A stretch of DNA of 64,000 bases, taken from Octopus sinensis (lineage: Eukaryota). Where the stretch lies: the NCBI RefSeq assembly GCF_006345805.1, contig NC_043014.1, positions 14,818,001 to 14,882,000 on the forward strand, written 5' to 3'. The translations under genes and the position numbers were made by a program. The notes beneath the pieces were generated by a model, which saw nothing but the letters and a program-made list of their open reading frames with translations, was not told where the DNA came from and made no database searches. Positions 53,101 to 64,000 of this stretch are shown here, in pieces (position 1 is the stretch's first letter; the number at the start of each line of letters is the position of its first letter).

Positions 53101-54349
53101 TAACAAACTCACTCTACCAAGTAAACTCAAGACGAAGAACGGTGTTGTAAGTCGACCGATCGCCAAGTCATGTCTGATTTTAGAAGGAGACAAGTAATTA
53201 GACAGATTTGCATCTATACCTATTATCGGGTTTTGTTAGGGCCCCATATGGTAAAGATGTGGATGGGAAAAATGTGGATGGGAAAAATGTGGATAGAGAA
53301 TGATGTCCTAGCAACCCTCTCCCCTTACTGTTTTGCAAAGTAAACAATACAAATAACTACGTAGAGGCAGCCAGGGTTGAAACACGAACAAGAACAACAA
53401 GCATTCTTAAAAGAGAAAAGAAACATGGTCATTCCTTACCCAAGTCGCCTTAACTTTATTTCATAAAGATTTGCCATAGAGGCATTACAAAGAGTAGCTT
53501 TGCGGGCTAGACATAGACATTAATGAGGCGGATGACTATGATCAAAACTGATAAAGATGGGAGAAGGCAGAAGGCGCCCGCCGACCCTCTGCTTCTCTAA
53601 AACATTGTTTTTTTTTTTTGTTTGCTTTTTAAAAATACATGTACCGAGGTGATGACCCTCTTAAGATTCAATTTCTTTGGACCAAAAAGTCCATACAACC
53701 ACAAATTACATTTTTAAAAATCAAATTAGAGGCAATAAACCTTTACAAGTCCTCCCACACAAGTCGCCTTAACTTATCGCCCATCACTTGTAATGCGCTC
53801 ATAAATTAGTTTGATAGTTGAGCTCTGATTGGCTGTACGGAAATGAGTTCATAACTGTGATCCGGAACTCTCGAGGAAAAAAATTTTTCGCTTTCGCTGG
53901 CCGGCCCAGGGCTATAGTAGAGGATACACTTAGCCAAGGTGCCGCGCAGTGGGACGGAAGCCAAAAACACACGGTTGGAAAAGGCGATATAGTATATGAG
54001 AATCGCTACATACATGATTTTTAACTTGCGTGCGAGATGGTTTGCGTGAATATATGTACACATGCATTTATGTGTATATTTAGATTTATATTCATACGTC
54101 TGTATATGTATGGTGTTGGCGCGCATCCTTTTGTGTATGTTGATATATATATGTACATTTTAATAAAAATATGTATTGCAGTGTAATATTTATAACAGGT
54201 TTAATTCCTATGAATTAATTTATACTTTCTTCATTAACGTCAATATGTATTTTATTCAATGTAAGGTTTTTTCCTCGGATTTTATAATTTTTTATAATTT
54301 TTTTATAAGTTTTTTTATATATATATACATATATTTTTGACCTTTTTGT

Positions 54350-54617
54350 TTATCGCTCGAAGATTGGCCGTTTTTTTCTAAAGGGCCAATCAAACAAGTC
54401 CATTTCTTTTTAAAGGTGTAGCGTTTGTAAGAGTCTAGATTGAATTGATATATCGGTTCCATTCTAGCAAAAACTGTCTGATGAACGGCAACGAGAAGCT
54501 CAGAGTAACAGATTTTGTTGAATTTTCTGCTGCTTAAAATAAAGCATATTACTCTACCACTGGTATTTGAGTACTCTTTTTTCCACTTTGTTTCACATTT
54601 ATGTGTTTACTCCGGTA
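54350..54617 (+). mobile_element. PLE-terminus-like repeat, family D, with decayed hammerhead (54474-54511)
   Basis: CTGT-CTGATGA-ACG-GCAA-CGA-GAAGC-TCAGA-GTA-ACAG. Ends TTTACTCCGG(TA)n. The 5' boundary is approximate. A partial inverted copy is at 32147-32217. Confidence 0.6.
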
Positions 54618-54639
54618 TATATATATATATATATATATA

Positions 54640-54800
54640 GGGAGATTTCACAAAAGACGAAGACTGGTGGTGTAGACAACAAATAGATGTATTTGTATAA
54701 CGCTCGGGAAGTGAAAAAGTTTTTAACGTTTCGAGCCTACGCTCTTCCGCAGAAAGGAACACAGGAAGAAACAAGGAGAGAAAATAGAGAATGTTTAGTA
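54640..54800 (-). mobile_element. PLE-terminus-like repeat, family B, with hammerhead-like motif (54721-54757)
   Basis: CCTTT-CTGCGGA-A-GAGC-GTAG-GCTC-GAAAC-GTT-AAAA. The 3' end abuts (TA)n. Confidence 0.65.
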
Positions 54801-54809
54801 GCTAGCGTG

Positions 54810-54888
<79 letters not shown>

Positions 54889-55439
54889 TCCTATCATTGC
54901 TTGACATACATCTCCGTATTGTAGCGGTTCGGTGAGAAGATATCGATAGAATAAATGCCGGTCTTAAAAAATTAATTTCTGGACTTGATTTGTTTGATTT
55001 AACTCATCAAGGCTGTGCCCCAGCCTGGCTGCAGTATAATGACTGAAACTAATTAAAGCTAATTTCAATATTTATTTATCTAAGGCGGCGAGCTGACAGA
55101 ATTATTAGCACGCCGGACAAAATGTTGAGCAGCATTTCGTCCGTCTTTACGTTTATGAGTTCAAATTCCGCCGCAGTCGACTTTGCCTTTCACCATTTCG
55201 GGGTCGATAAAACGAGTAGAACACTAGGGGCGATGTAATCGACTTATCCCCTTCCTCAAAATTGCTGGTTTTGTGCCAAAATTTGAAACCAATATTTATT
55301 TAAGGCGGCGAGCTGGCAGAATCGTTAGAATTCGAAGCAAAATGCTTAGCGGCATTTCGTCCGTCTTTATGTTCCGTGATCAAATTCCGCCGAGGTCGAC
55401 TTTGCATTTCATCTTTTCGGGTTCGATGAAATAAGCACC

Positions 55440-55856
55440 GGATCTTTTCGGTTTGAACGGCAGTTTTTAACATAATTTCTAGGGAACTAAAAAATTTTAA
55501 ACTTCGTATACTGGTAGAATGTGTTTATAAAACATCTTTTTCTCTTGGCTTTATTGAGAAAATTCTATGGTTTGTAAGATATTTGTTGTTGTTTTTTTCT
55601 TCAATTTCTGCAATTTCAACCAATCAATGACCGTCTATTGAGGTGAAAACATTCTGTGCCGTATGAAAATGTCCCTCGTTTAAGAAACAGATTGGGTTTA
55701 TTTACATTTGTGAAGAAAAAAAGATACCCTTCCCCCACCGCTAACCTAACCCTAAAATAGATTGAAATGCAATAGATCGATACTAGGGTCATAATTATGG
55801 GTGACAATATCATATGACACCGCTAGAAAAAACTGCCGTTCAAACCGAAAAGATCC
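55440..55856. mobile_element. 417-bp MITE with perfect 29-bp TIRs and an 8-bp target-site duplication
   Basis: GGATCTTTTCGGTTTGAACGGCAGTTTTT and its exact reverse complement. TAAGCACC at both 55432-55439 and 55857-55864. Confidence 0.93.
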
Positions 55857-56664
55857 TAAGCACCTTCTGAGCATAAGTAAGAGTCTATGTAATCAACTTA
55901 CTGCTGTCCAGAAATTGCTGGCCTTGTGCCAAAATTTGAAACCGATATTTTGAGTTGAAATTTCAATAAGATTGATCTTTGCCTTCCACACTTTCCAAGC
56001 CGATGAAACTTAACAGCAATAGTAATATCAGTTTGTGATTTTGTCGACAATATCGTTCTGGCTTAGAAACAGGTTTTGTAGGAAGTGTAAGAAGGGAAAA
56101 AGAAACGGAAGGAATAAATAAACTCTTTAAAACTCAATTAATACTTTAGGCATAATACAAGCATCAAAAAACTGCTGCAGTTCCTCTCTCTCTCAAATTT
56201 GCACGATATGTCATACTTATGTAAGAAATTACCATTTAATAGGTAGCTGAAAATCGAGTTTATTGTTGAAAAGTTATAAATATTCTATAAGAAAAAAATT
56301 GACTTGGTTTTTTTGTTTTTTTAAGGAAAAAATCCATTTAAAGTAGGAATTTAGCTTAAAGACAAAATCCTCATTCTGAAAAGAAGTTAAATAGAAAACA
56401 ACTTTATTGATTATTTTATTATGTTCAATCTAAAAGAAGTACGAAAGAGAAAATTCTTTAATTTCATATAAATTAAACACTTGCGTTTTTCTGTTTAAAA
56501 TTATAAGCTTAATCATTCGTTTAAAACAGGAGCAGTTTATACATACCTCGTTATATACATTTATAAGCATAGATTTTCTTATGTATATTGTAATATCATA
56601 TGTATAATGTATTATTCATACGTTATCATATATTTGTTAGGTACACAATTCGTATTCCTCGTAA

Positions 56665-57275
56665 GGCGGCGAGCTGGCAGAACCGTTAGCACGCCGGGCG
56701 AAATGCGTAACGGTATTTCGTCCGTCTTTACGTTCTGAGTTCAAATTCCGCCGAGGTCGACTTTGCCTTTCATCCTTTCGGGGTCGATTAAATAAGTACC
56801 ATTTACGCACTGGGGTCAATGCAATCGACTTAATCTCTTTGTCCGTCCTTGTTTGTCCCCTTTGTGTAGCCCCTTGTGGGCAGTAAATAAATAGATATTT
56901 CGCCCATCTCTACGTTCTGAGTTCAAATTCCGCCGAGGTCGACTTTGCCTTTCATCTTTTCGAGGTCGATTAAATAAGTACCAGTTACGCACTGGGGTCG
57001 ATATAATCGACTTAATCCGTTTGTCTGTCCTTATTTGTCCTCTCTGTGTTTAGCCCCTTGTGGGTAGTAAAGAAATGGGTAGTAAAGAAATAGGTATTTC
57101 GTCTACCGTTACGTTCTGAGTTCAAATTCCGCCGAGGTCGACTTTGCTTTCGATCCTTTCGGGGTCGATAAATTAAGTACATGTTACGCACTGGGGTCGA
57201 TGTAATCGACTTAATCCCTTTGTCTGTCCTTGTTTGTCCCCTCTATGTTTAGCCCCTTGTGGGCAATAAAGAAAT
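56665..57275 (+). mobile_element. tRNA-derived SINE (possibly Nin-domain-like) with three head-to-tail body units; related copies at ~18967, 48145, 50500, 51538, 52765 and 55083
   Basis: Recurring GAGTTCAAATTCCGCCGAGGTCGACTTTGCCTTTCATCCTTTCGGGGTCGAT...AAGTACC body with a TTTGTCCCCTCT...AAAGAAAT tail. Confidence 0.85.
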
Positions 57276-57822
57276 AAGGATCGTTGGCAAGCCGAACAAA
57301 ATGCTTAGCGCCATTTCGTCTGTCTTTATGTTCTGAGTTCAAATTCCGTCGAGGTCAACCTTTATCTTTCATACTTTCGGGGTCGATAAAATAAGTAACA
57401 GTTGAATAATGAGGTCAACGATATCGACTTAACCTTTCCCTAGAATTGCTGGCCTTGTGGTAAAATTTGAAGCCATTTCTCATACTTATTGTATACACTA
57501 CCTCGGTAACGCAGTAGTCTCATTATCTAAAATTAACAACCAATTAACCTGAAGGTCATAAGTTCAATCCTTTTAAATAGGTGCAGGCATAGCTGTGCGA
57601 TTAAGAAGCTCGCTGTGCCACCAAATGGTTTCCAGTTCAGTCCTACTGCACGGCACCTTAGGCAAGTGTCTTTTACTATAACTCCTAAGTTGACTAATAT
57701 CTTGTGAGTGAATTTGGCATACAGAGACGAGGTTTCTTCTGCCGTATGAGGTGCATTCAATTCTATTACATCGTTCCTCACCCACTAGGGTTACATCGTT
57801 CCTCACCCACATTATATATATA

Positions 57823-59104
57823 TCAGGTCATTCCATAACTTCCGTCCGAATTTTGAATAAAGAAAACAAGTAATCAAATGTTATATTTAATTGAAATTTA
57901 ATAATCAATGTACTTTCCCTCATTATCTATGACTTCCTTCCAGCTAGTTACAAGCTTTTTAATCCCATCAATGTAAAACTCTTTTGGTTTCAAAGCAAAG
58001 AACTCTGAAATGTCAGTTTCGACCTCCTCCTGGCTTGCGAAAGTTATGTCCCCCAAATGATTCTGTAAACTATGAAACAAATGGTAATCTGAAGGAGCAA
58101 GGTCGGGAGAATAAGGTGGATGAGGAATTTTTTCCCAACCAAGCTCTTCGATCTTCTGTGATGTGATCTTTGTAGTGTGGGATCGTGCATTGTCCTGATG
58201 AAACACCACTCCTTTTCGATTCACTAATGTGGATCTTTTTTCTCCAAAGCTTGGTTCAAACGCTCTAATTGCTGACAGTAGACTTGAGCATTGATTGTTG
58301 CATTATGTGGTAACAATTCAAAGTGAATTACTCCTTTGCAATTCCACCAGATAGAGAGAAGAACCTTTTCCCCATGAAGTACCCTTTTCGGCTGTGGTTG
58401 AGCCTTTTCCCTTTTACCAAGCCACTGTTTATGACATTTATCATTTCGATAGAAGATTCATTTTTCATCACCAGTCACAAGTCTATCCAGAAAGGGTGAA
58501 ATGAGTTCGCGAGAATGGAGAGAAGAACAGATTTCAACTCGGGATTTGCGGTTGATTTCGAACACTTCAAGAGGCACCCATTTTTCAAGTTTAGGAACCT
58601 TCCAACTTGTTGAAGATGACGATGAACAGTTGTATGGTTTGAACTAAGCTTTATTGCCAATTCTTCAACTGATAATGCAGGATTTTCTTCAAGTAATGCC
58701 ACAAGGAGTTTATCATCAAACTCAACTGGACATCCTATTCGATTTTCAAGGCTGAAATCTCCACTTCTGAATTTTGCAAGCCACCTTCTGCAAGTTCTTT
58801 CATTCAAGCATCCTTTCCTATAAACTGAGTGCATGTTTCGAGTTGCTTCGGCTGCAGAGTTTCCTTTTTTGTACTCATAAGGCATTATGTGTCTCAAATG
58901 CTCTTTGGATACTTTCATGTTAGAAAGGGTTTTAATCAAAGAAAATTTAATTCTATTATTGTGTAAAATAATATTTAATTAGTTTAAATGTACACAAATG
59001 CATAAAAATAATTTTTAATTCCATTAGACATTCTAAAATACTATTAAATTTAATCCAATTTTTAAAAAAAGGTAAAATCGGACAGAACTTATGGGACGAC
59101 CTGA
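57823..59104 (-). mobile_element. Full-length inactive mariner (D,D34D) DNA transposon, 1282 bp
   Basis: ~30-bp TIRs TCAGGTC.T.CCATAA.TT..GTCCGA with TA on both flanks. HTH ORF 58475-58939, LVTGDEK* (W to stop), and HQDNA...YSPDLAPSDYHLF in ORF 57898-58224. Confidence 0.95.
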
Positions 59105-60061
59105 TATAGATAAATAGAGATGGTGAGCTCGCAGAATCGTTAGCACTCCGGGTGAAATGCCTAGTGGTATTGTCGTCTGCCGCTATGTTCTGAGTTTAAA
59201 TTCCGCCAAGGTCGATTTTATCTTTCATCCCTTTCGGGGCCCATAAATTAAGTGCCACTGGAACACTGGGGTCGATGTCATCGACTAGTCCCCTTCCCAC
59301 AAATTTCAGGCCTTGTACTTTTAGTAGAAAGGACACACACACACACACACACACACAACACACCACACACACACACACATACATACATACATACATACAT
59401 ACATACATACAAACACAGTTACATTGTATGCGCACAAGAGAAATATATCTCGAAATCAAATAAATAAAGTGTGTTTGTGTGTATATATATATATATATAT
59501 ATGAAAACTACTGAAAAACAAAAAAAAAATGGAAAACAATTGCAACTAACAGAAGCTACGAAACTAACAGTGAAATAATCGCGAACACACACTCATTCAC
59601 ACACACACACGCACACACACACTCAAGCACACACACACGTGTACACATGTAGGCATACATGTATTGTATTAATGAAATACAGAAAACATATGGTATTTTA
59701 TGGTTTATAAGACATACGTGTGTTTCGGCAAATTACAGTCAGGAGTTCATGATTGCTGGTTGAAATACTATACATTCCCGTAAATTTAACCCTCTCTGTC
59801 TCTCTTTGAACGTACACACACACACACACACATACACACACAGACACACACACGTGTGTATAATATATATATATATATATGTATGTATGTAGGTAGGTAT
59901 GTAACTATCTATGTATATTTATATTTGTATGTATACATACATAACTTTCACAATATATATCTACACACACCACGTACATGCATACATACTCACAACACAC
60001 ACACACACACACACACACCCACACACACACACACAACCAAACACACACAAACCACACCAAC

Positions 60062-60131
<70 letters not shown>

Positions 60132-60169
60132 TCTTGTTGCTATTATACAAAAGTATCGTAAGTCTAAAA

Positions 60170-60657
60170 CATTGCTTTTTCAGGAAACGAAAAATAGCGT
60201 CACAATCCATAGCAAAACCGCTGTACTACACTTTGGCAATTTTTGATATCTTGGCATCTGAAGCAGCTGGAGATACGATAGTTCGACCAAAAGAACCGGC
60301 TATTGCAAGCAAAAATATATATTGCAGAAACGCAATTGGCCAAATTTGGACATACGACAGTTTAACATAACAGCAACGATATAATTTTTTAGAACCTTGG
60401 TCTCTGATAAGTTAGCTTTAAGACCCTTCTATTCCAGGTTTTACTTCTATACCTGGAATTTCTGTTTTAATTCTGTTACAGATTCCACTGTGAGAGCGAG
60501 ATCATCAGCATACAGTATTTCCAAGAGGCAGCCGTCTTAAATTCCTCTGCTAGGGCCTGGAGGACAATGATAAATGGGAGGGTACTGAGACATGAGCTTT
60601 GGTGAATGCCTACCTGTACACTAAATTCGTCATCGTACTCATGGCTAACTCTCACCC
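60170..60657 (-). mobile_element. Decayed RTE RT fragment abutting the gap
   Basis: GIHQSSCLS...LYADDL remnant, same family as 35238-36710. Confidence 0.7.
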
Positions 60658-60757
60658 NNNNNNNNNNNNNNNNNNNNNNNNNNNNNNNNNNNNNNNNNNN
60701 NNNNNNNNNNNNNNNNNNNNNNNNNNNNNNNNNNNNNNNNNNNNNNNNNNNNNNNNN
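60658..60757. other. Assembly gap (100 N)
   Basis: Run of exactly 100 N; true length unknown. Confidence 0.99.
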
Positions 60758-61133
60758 TAAAGTAGTTATGCATATTATGTATGTATATGTGTGTGTGTGT
60801 GTATGTATCTATACGCACGCACACAGACATATAGGCATACAGTCATGTATTTACACACATAAATACATTCATAAACATTGTACGTTTGTGTTACATATCT
60901 GTGAGGAAACAGCGATCGATACAGAATTCTTAGAAGCGGTATTGTCTCCATGATATATACACCCTTTGATGCGTTTCATTGGTTCTAAGTGAATTTACTT
61001 GTTGAGTGCGTATATACATAAATGCATACGTACAACATCCATATATATACTGATATATATATATGTACATACATACGTACATACATGCATGCATATATGC
61101 ATAAGTTTATATATATATGTGTATGTATATATG

Positions 61134-61179
<46 letters not shown>

Positions 61180-62137
61180 TGTATACATACATATATGTGT
61201 GTGTATATTTATGTATATACACACATACACAGCTATTTATATCTATACACACTCACACATACATGCTCTCTCTCTCTCTTTATATACATATATATATATA
61301 ATATATATATAATATATATATATGTACATATATATATATATACATATAGTATATATATATATATATATTATATATATATAATATATATAATCATATATAT
61401 ATATGTATGTACATATATATATGTGTGTTTATATATATATATACATACATACACAGCCATATATCTATCTATATCCATACACACACATATATATTCATAT
61501 ATACATACACACAGGTTCTCTGTCTGTCTGTCTGTCGTCTGTCTGCTCTCTCTCTCTTTCTCTCTCTCTGTTTCTCTTCGTCTCTCTCCGTTTCTCTGTC
61601 TGTCTGTCTATCTTCTCTCCCTCTCTCACTGTCTTGATATATATATATATATATATATATGCTCGCACACTCTCACACGCACACAAATATACATACATAC
61701 ATACACACATACATACATACACACATACATACACACACATACATACATACATACATACATACATACATACATACATACATACATACATACGTACATGCAT
61801 GATTGTATACACAAATATATATATATACCGTGTGCATATAGACCGTGCACACAAACATCATGTTTCACCACTTGAAACAAGCGTTGCACATTACACGATG
61901 TTTAAACCACTCGGCTATTATTCGCTTTATAAACCGTGTATTTATTTCATTGGGACGGTTTATCGTTATGCTATGTAGTTATGAAAAGAAATTGTTTTTT
62001 CCGAGGCATTTACCTTCATCACATCTACATGTGAATTTGAAACCAGGGAATATGGTTTAATGCTTCCTGTTTATTTTAAATGGGTTATTCAATTACATCT
62101 GCAGCACAAAAGCGTCACTGCTCTATCACGCAAATGT

Positions 62138-62146
<9 letters not shown>

Positions 62147-62228
<82 letters not shown>

Positions 62229-62233
62229 ACTAA

Positions 62234-62295
<62 letters not shown>

Positions 62296-62305
62296 GTCTA
62301 ACTAA

Positions 62306-62394
<89 letters not shown>

Positions 62395-62395
62395 A

Positions 62396-62429
<34 letters not shown>

Positions 62430-62430
62430 A
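62147..62430. repeat. (TCTA)n followed by (TCTG)n microsatellite
   Basis: Direct reading of the sequence. Confidence 0.97.
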
Positions 62431-62881
62431 AATGTATATTATACATATGGAAGTGTGTGTGAGTATGGGTGCGTATATAATATGGATATATATGGCGCAT
62501 GGCTCAGTGGTTTGAACGTCGTGCTCACAATGATGAAGTACTGAGTTCGATTCCCGGACCGGGCTCTGTGTTGCTCCACTTCACTCAGCTGTTGAAATGA
62601 GTTGTGACGTCACTCGTGCCAAGCTGCATCGGCCTCTGTCTTTCCCTTGGATAACATCGGTGGCGTAAAGAGAGGAGGCTGGTATGCATGGCCGGCTACT
62701 GATCTTCCTTAAACAACGTTGCCCGGACTTGTACCTCAGAGTGGAACTTTGTAGGTGTAATCCCGTGGTCATTCATGACCGAAGGGAGTTTATTATATAT
62801 ATAATATATATATAAGGAGGTGCTATTAAGTTAGACATGGCCTGGACCAATCATTGGTCGAAACACATATAAGTTTATCTA

Positions 62882-62910
<29 letters not shown>

Positions 62911-62916
<6 letters not shown>

Positions 62917-64000
62917 GAAAGAATGGAGTCGAACGACGATTTAATAAAATTCCTTTATTCTCGACATATGTTTCGAAGACTGCATATTCTTAATTCCGAA
63001 GGAATAAAGGGTGCATTATGCCGCCTTCTCATCAGGAAAGACAAGGAACTTATGTCAGCATCATGACGAACAAAAACTTTTAGATGACTGCCCACACGGA
63101 GTCCATAGTGATAATGAGTGTTTCTTTAAAATATTCCGTTATAAGCAGTGACGTCAAAATTGGTTGGATGGAGAAGATTCTAAAAAGTTCAAGAGTTCAA
63201 AAATGGTTGCAAGGGGAAAGATCTAAGAATAGGAAGGTGACAGAGTGCAAGTCGTATGTATGGGGATGCGTTGTTGTTTGCTTTTGCTAATGAGATTGAG
63301 TGCCTATGTGTGTGTATGTATATAACTGCATTCGTGTCTATGTGTGTGTATGTGTGTGCGTGATTGTGTGTGTGGGGGGGATAAATGCCAAATACATCTA
63401 GTGGTGGAGTGACAGGTTTGTGTCTGTGTGTTTGATTGTGCTTATGATAGAGAGTGGGAGAGTGAGAGGGGGAGAGGTAGAGAGACAAAGGTAAAACATA
63501 CCCCAACTTATTTGGTAGTAGCCCTTCATGTAACGGAGTATAAAAAAATTTGTCTATGGTGGTGTTGTAGAAGTGGAACCAAATTATTAAATTCAAGGAG
63601 GTTATCTATATTAATCATCATTCATATAAGTGGAAGGTGTGTTTCTGCCAGTGCATGCACCTATAGGATTTCTCTACCATTGTGTTTACCAAAGGGATTT
63701 TGGCAAAAGTATATAGAAAAGCTCGGAATTACAGACGCCACAATATTTTCTGCCCTTATCAAAAGGAAAGGATACAGACAATATGGACCATTCCAGCTTG
63801 AAAGTTATATTGCTGTCCTTAAGACGCCAAACTAATTTACTTGGTCCTATACTTTGTTGTTTTCTCTTATCTCGGAAAGTTGAATAATGATTGGAAATCC
63901 TCTGGGATAATTTAGAAGTAGTCGCCCCAATATAGAAGAAGACACCGGTACCGGAAGAAATTTTACACTGGTAAATGGAATTTCTAATTTTGGAATTACT
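62911..64000 (-). mobile_element. Penelope-like element 3' end (Naiad-type GIY-YIG endonuclease, 3' UTR, hammerhead, terminus at (TA)n)
   Basis: Open frame 64000-63686: SIYQCKI...FYIGATTSKLSQRISNH...VWRLKD...LEWSIL...YCGVCNSE. After a 1-nt shift it continues LVNTMVEKSYRCMH to a stop at 63618. The HHR lies downstream at 62948-63050. Confidence 0.85.
62948..63050 (-). ncRNA. Type I hammerhead ribozyme, intact core (family A)
   Basis: TTTC-CTGATGA-GAAGGC...GTCTTC-GAAAC-ATAT-GTC-GAGA. Stems I, II and III all pair. Predicted cleavage between 62963 and 62962. Confidence 0.88.

Noticed and set aside
61117-61978. Long Tyr/Ile/His/Thr ORFs (also many shorter ones throughout)
   Set aside because: TA, CA and TACA microsatellites lack stop codons in most frames.
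63428-63835. Plus-strand 135-aa ORF as a host exon
   Set aside because: It is the antisense shadow of the PLE GIY-YIG frame on the minus strand.

Overview
Eukaryotic, repeat-saturated genomic DNA; the repeat families and microsatellite load suggest an octopus (inference). One host gene is supported: the 5' end of cytoplasmic dynein 2 heavy chain (DYNC2H1) on the minus strand, as four GT-AG coding exons (39325-39140, 34113-33804, 9550-9281, 6328-6096). They splice in frame to 999 nt / 333 aa, and the gene continues past the left edge. A non-coding first exon and an RFX X-box candidate lie near 41.4-41.9 kb. The rest is tRNA-derived SINEs, RTE, Tx1, R4/Dong-like and HERO-like LINE fragments, a dead mariner, a TIR MITE, an LTR-like segment, mini/microsatellites and one 100-N gap. 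The most interesting hidden layer is a set of Penelope-like retroelement (PLE) termini carrying type I hammerhead ribozyme (HHR) motifs, in at least five sequence families. Two are physically linked to GIY-YIG endonuclease remnants (21257-21929 and 62911-64000). One family has a tRNA-like Pol III cassette directly upstream of the ribozyme, and another has a non-canonical core (A6 replaced by C/U). All calls were made by eye, without searches or folding software.
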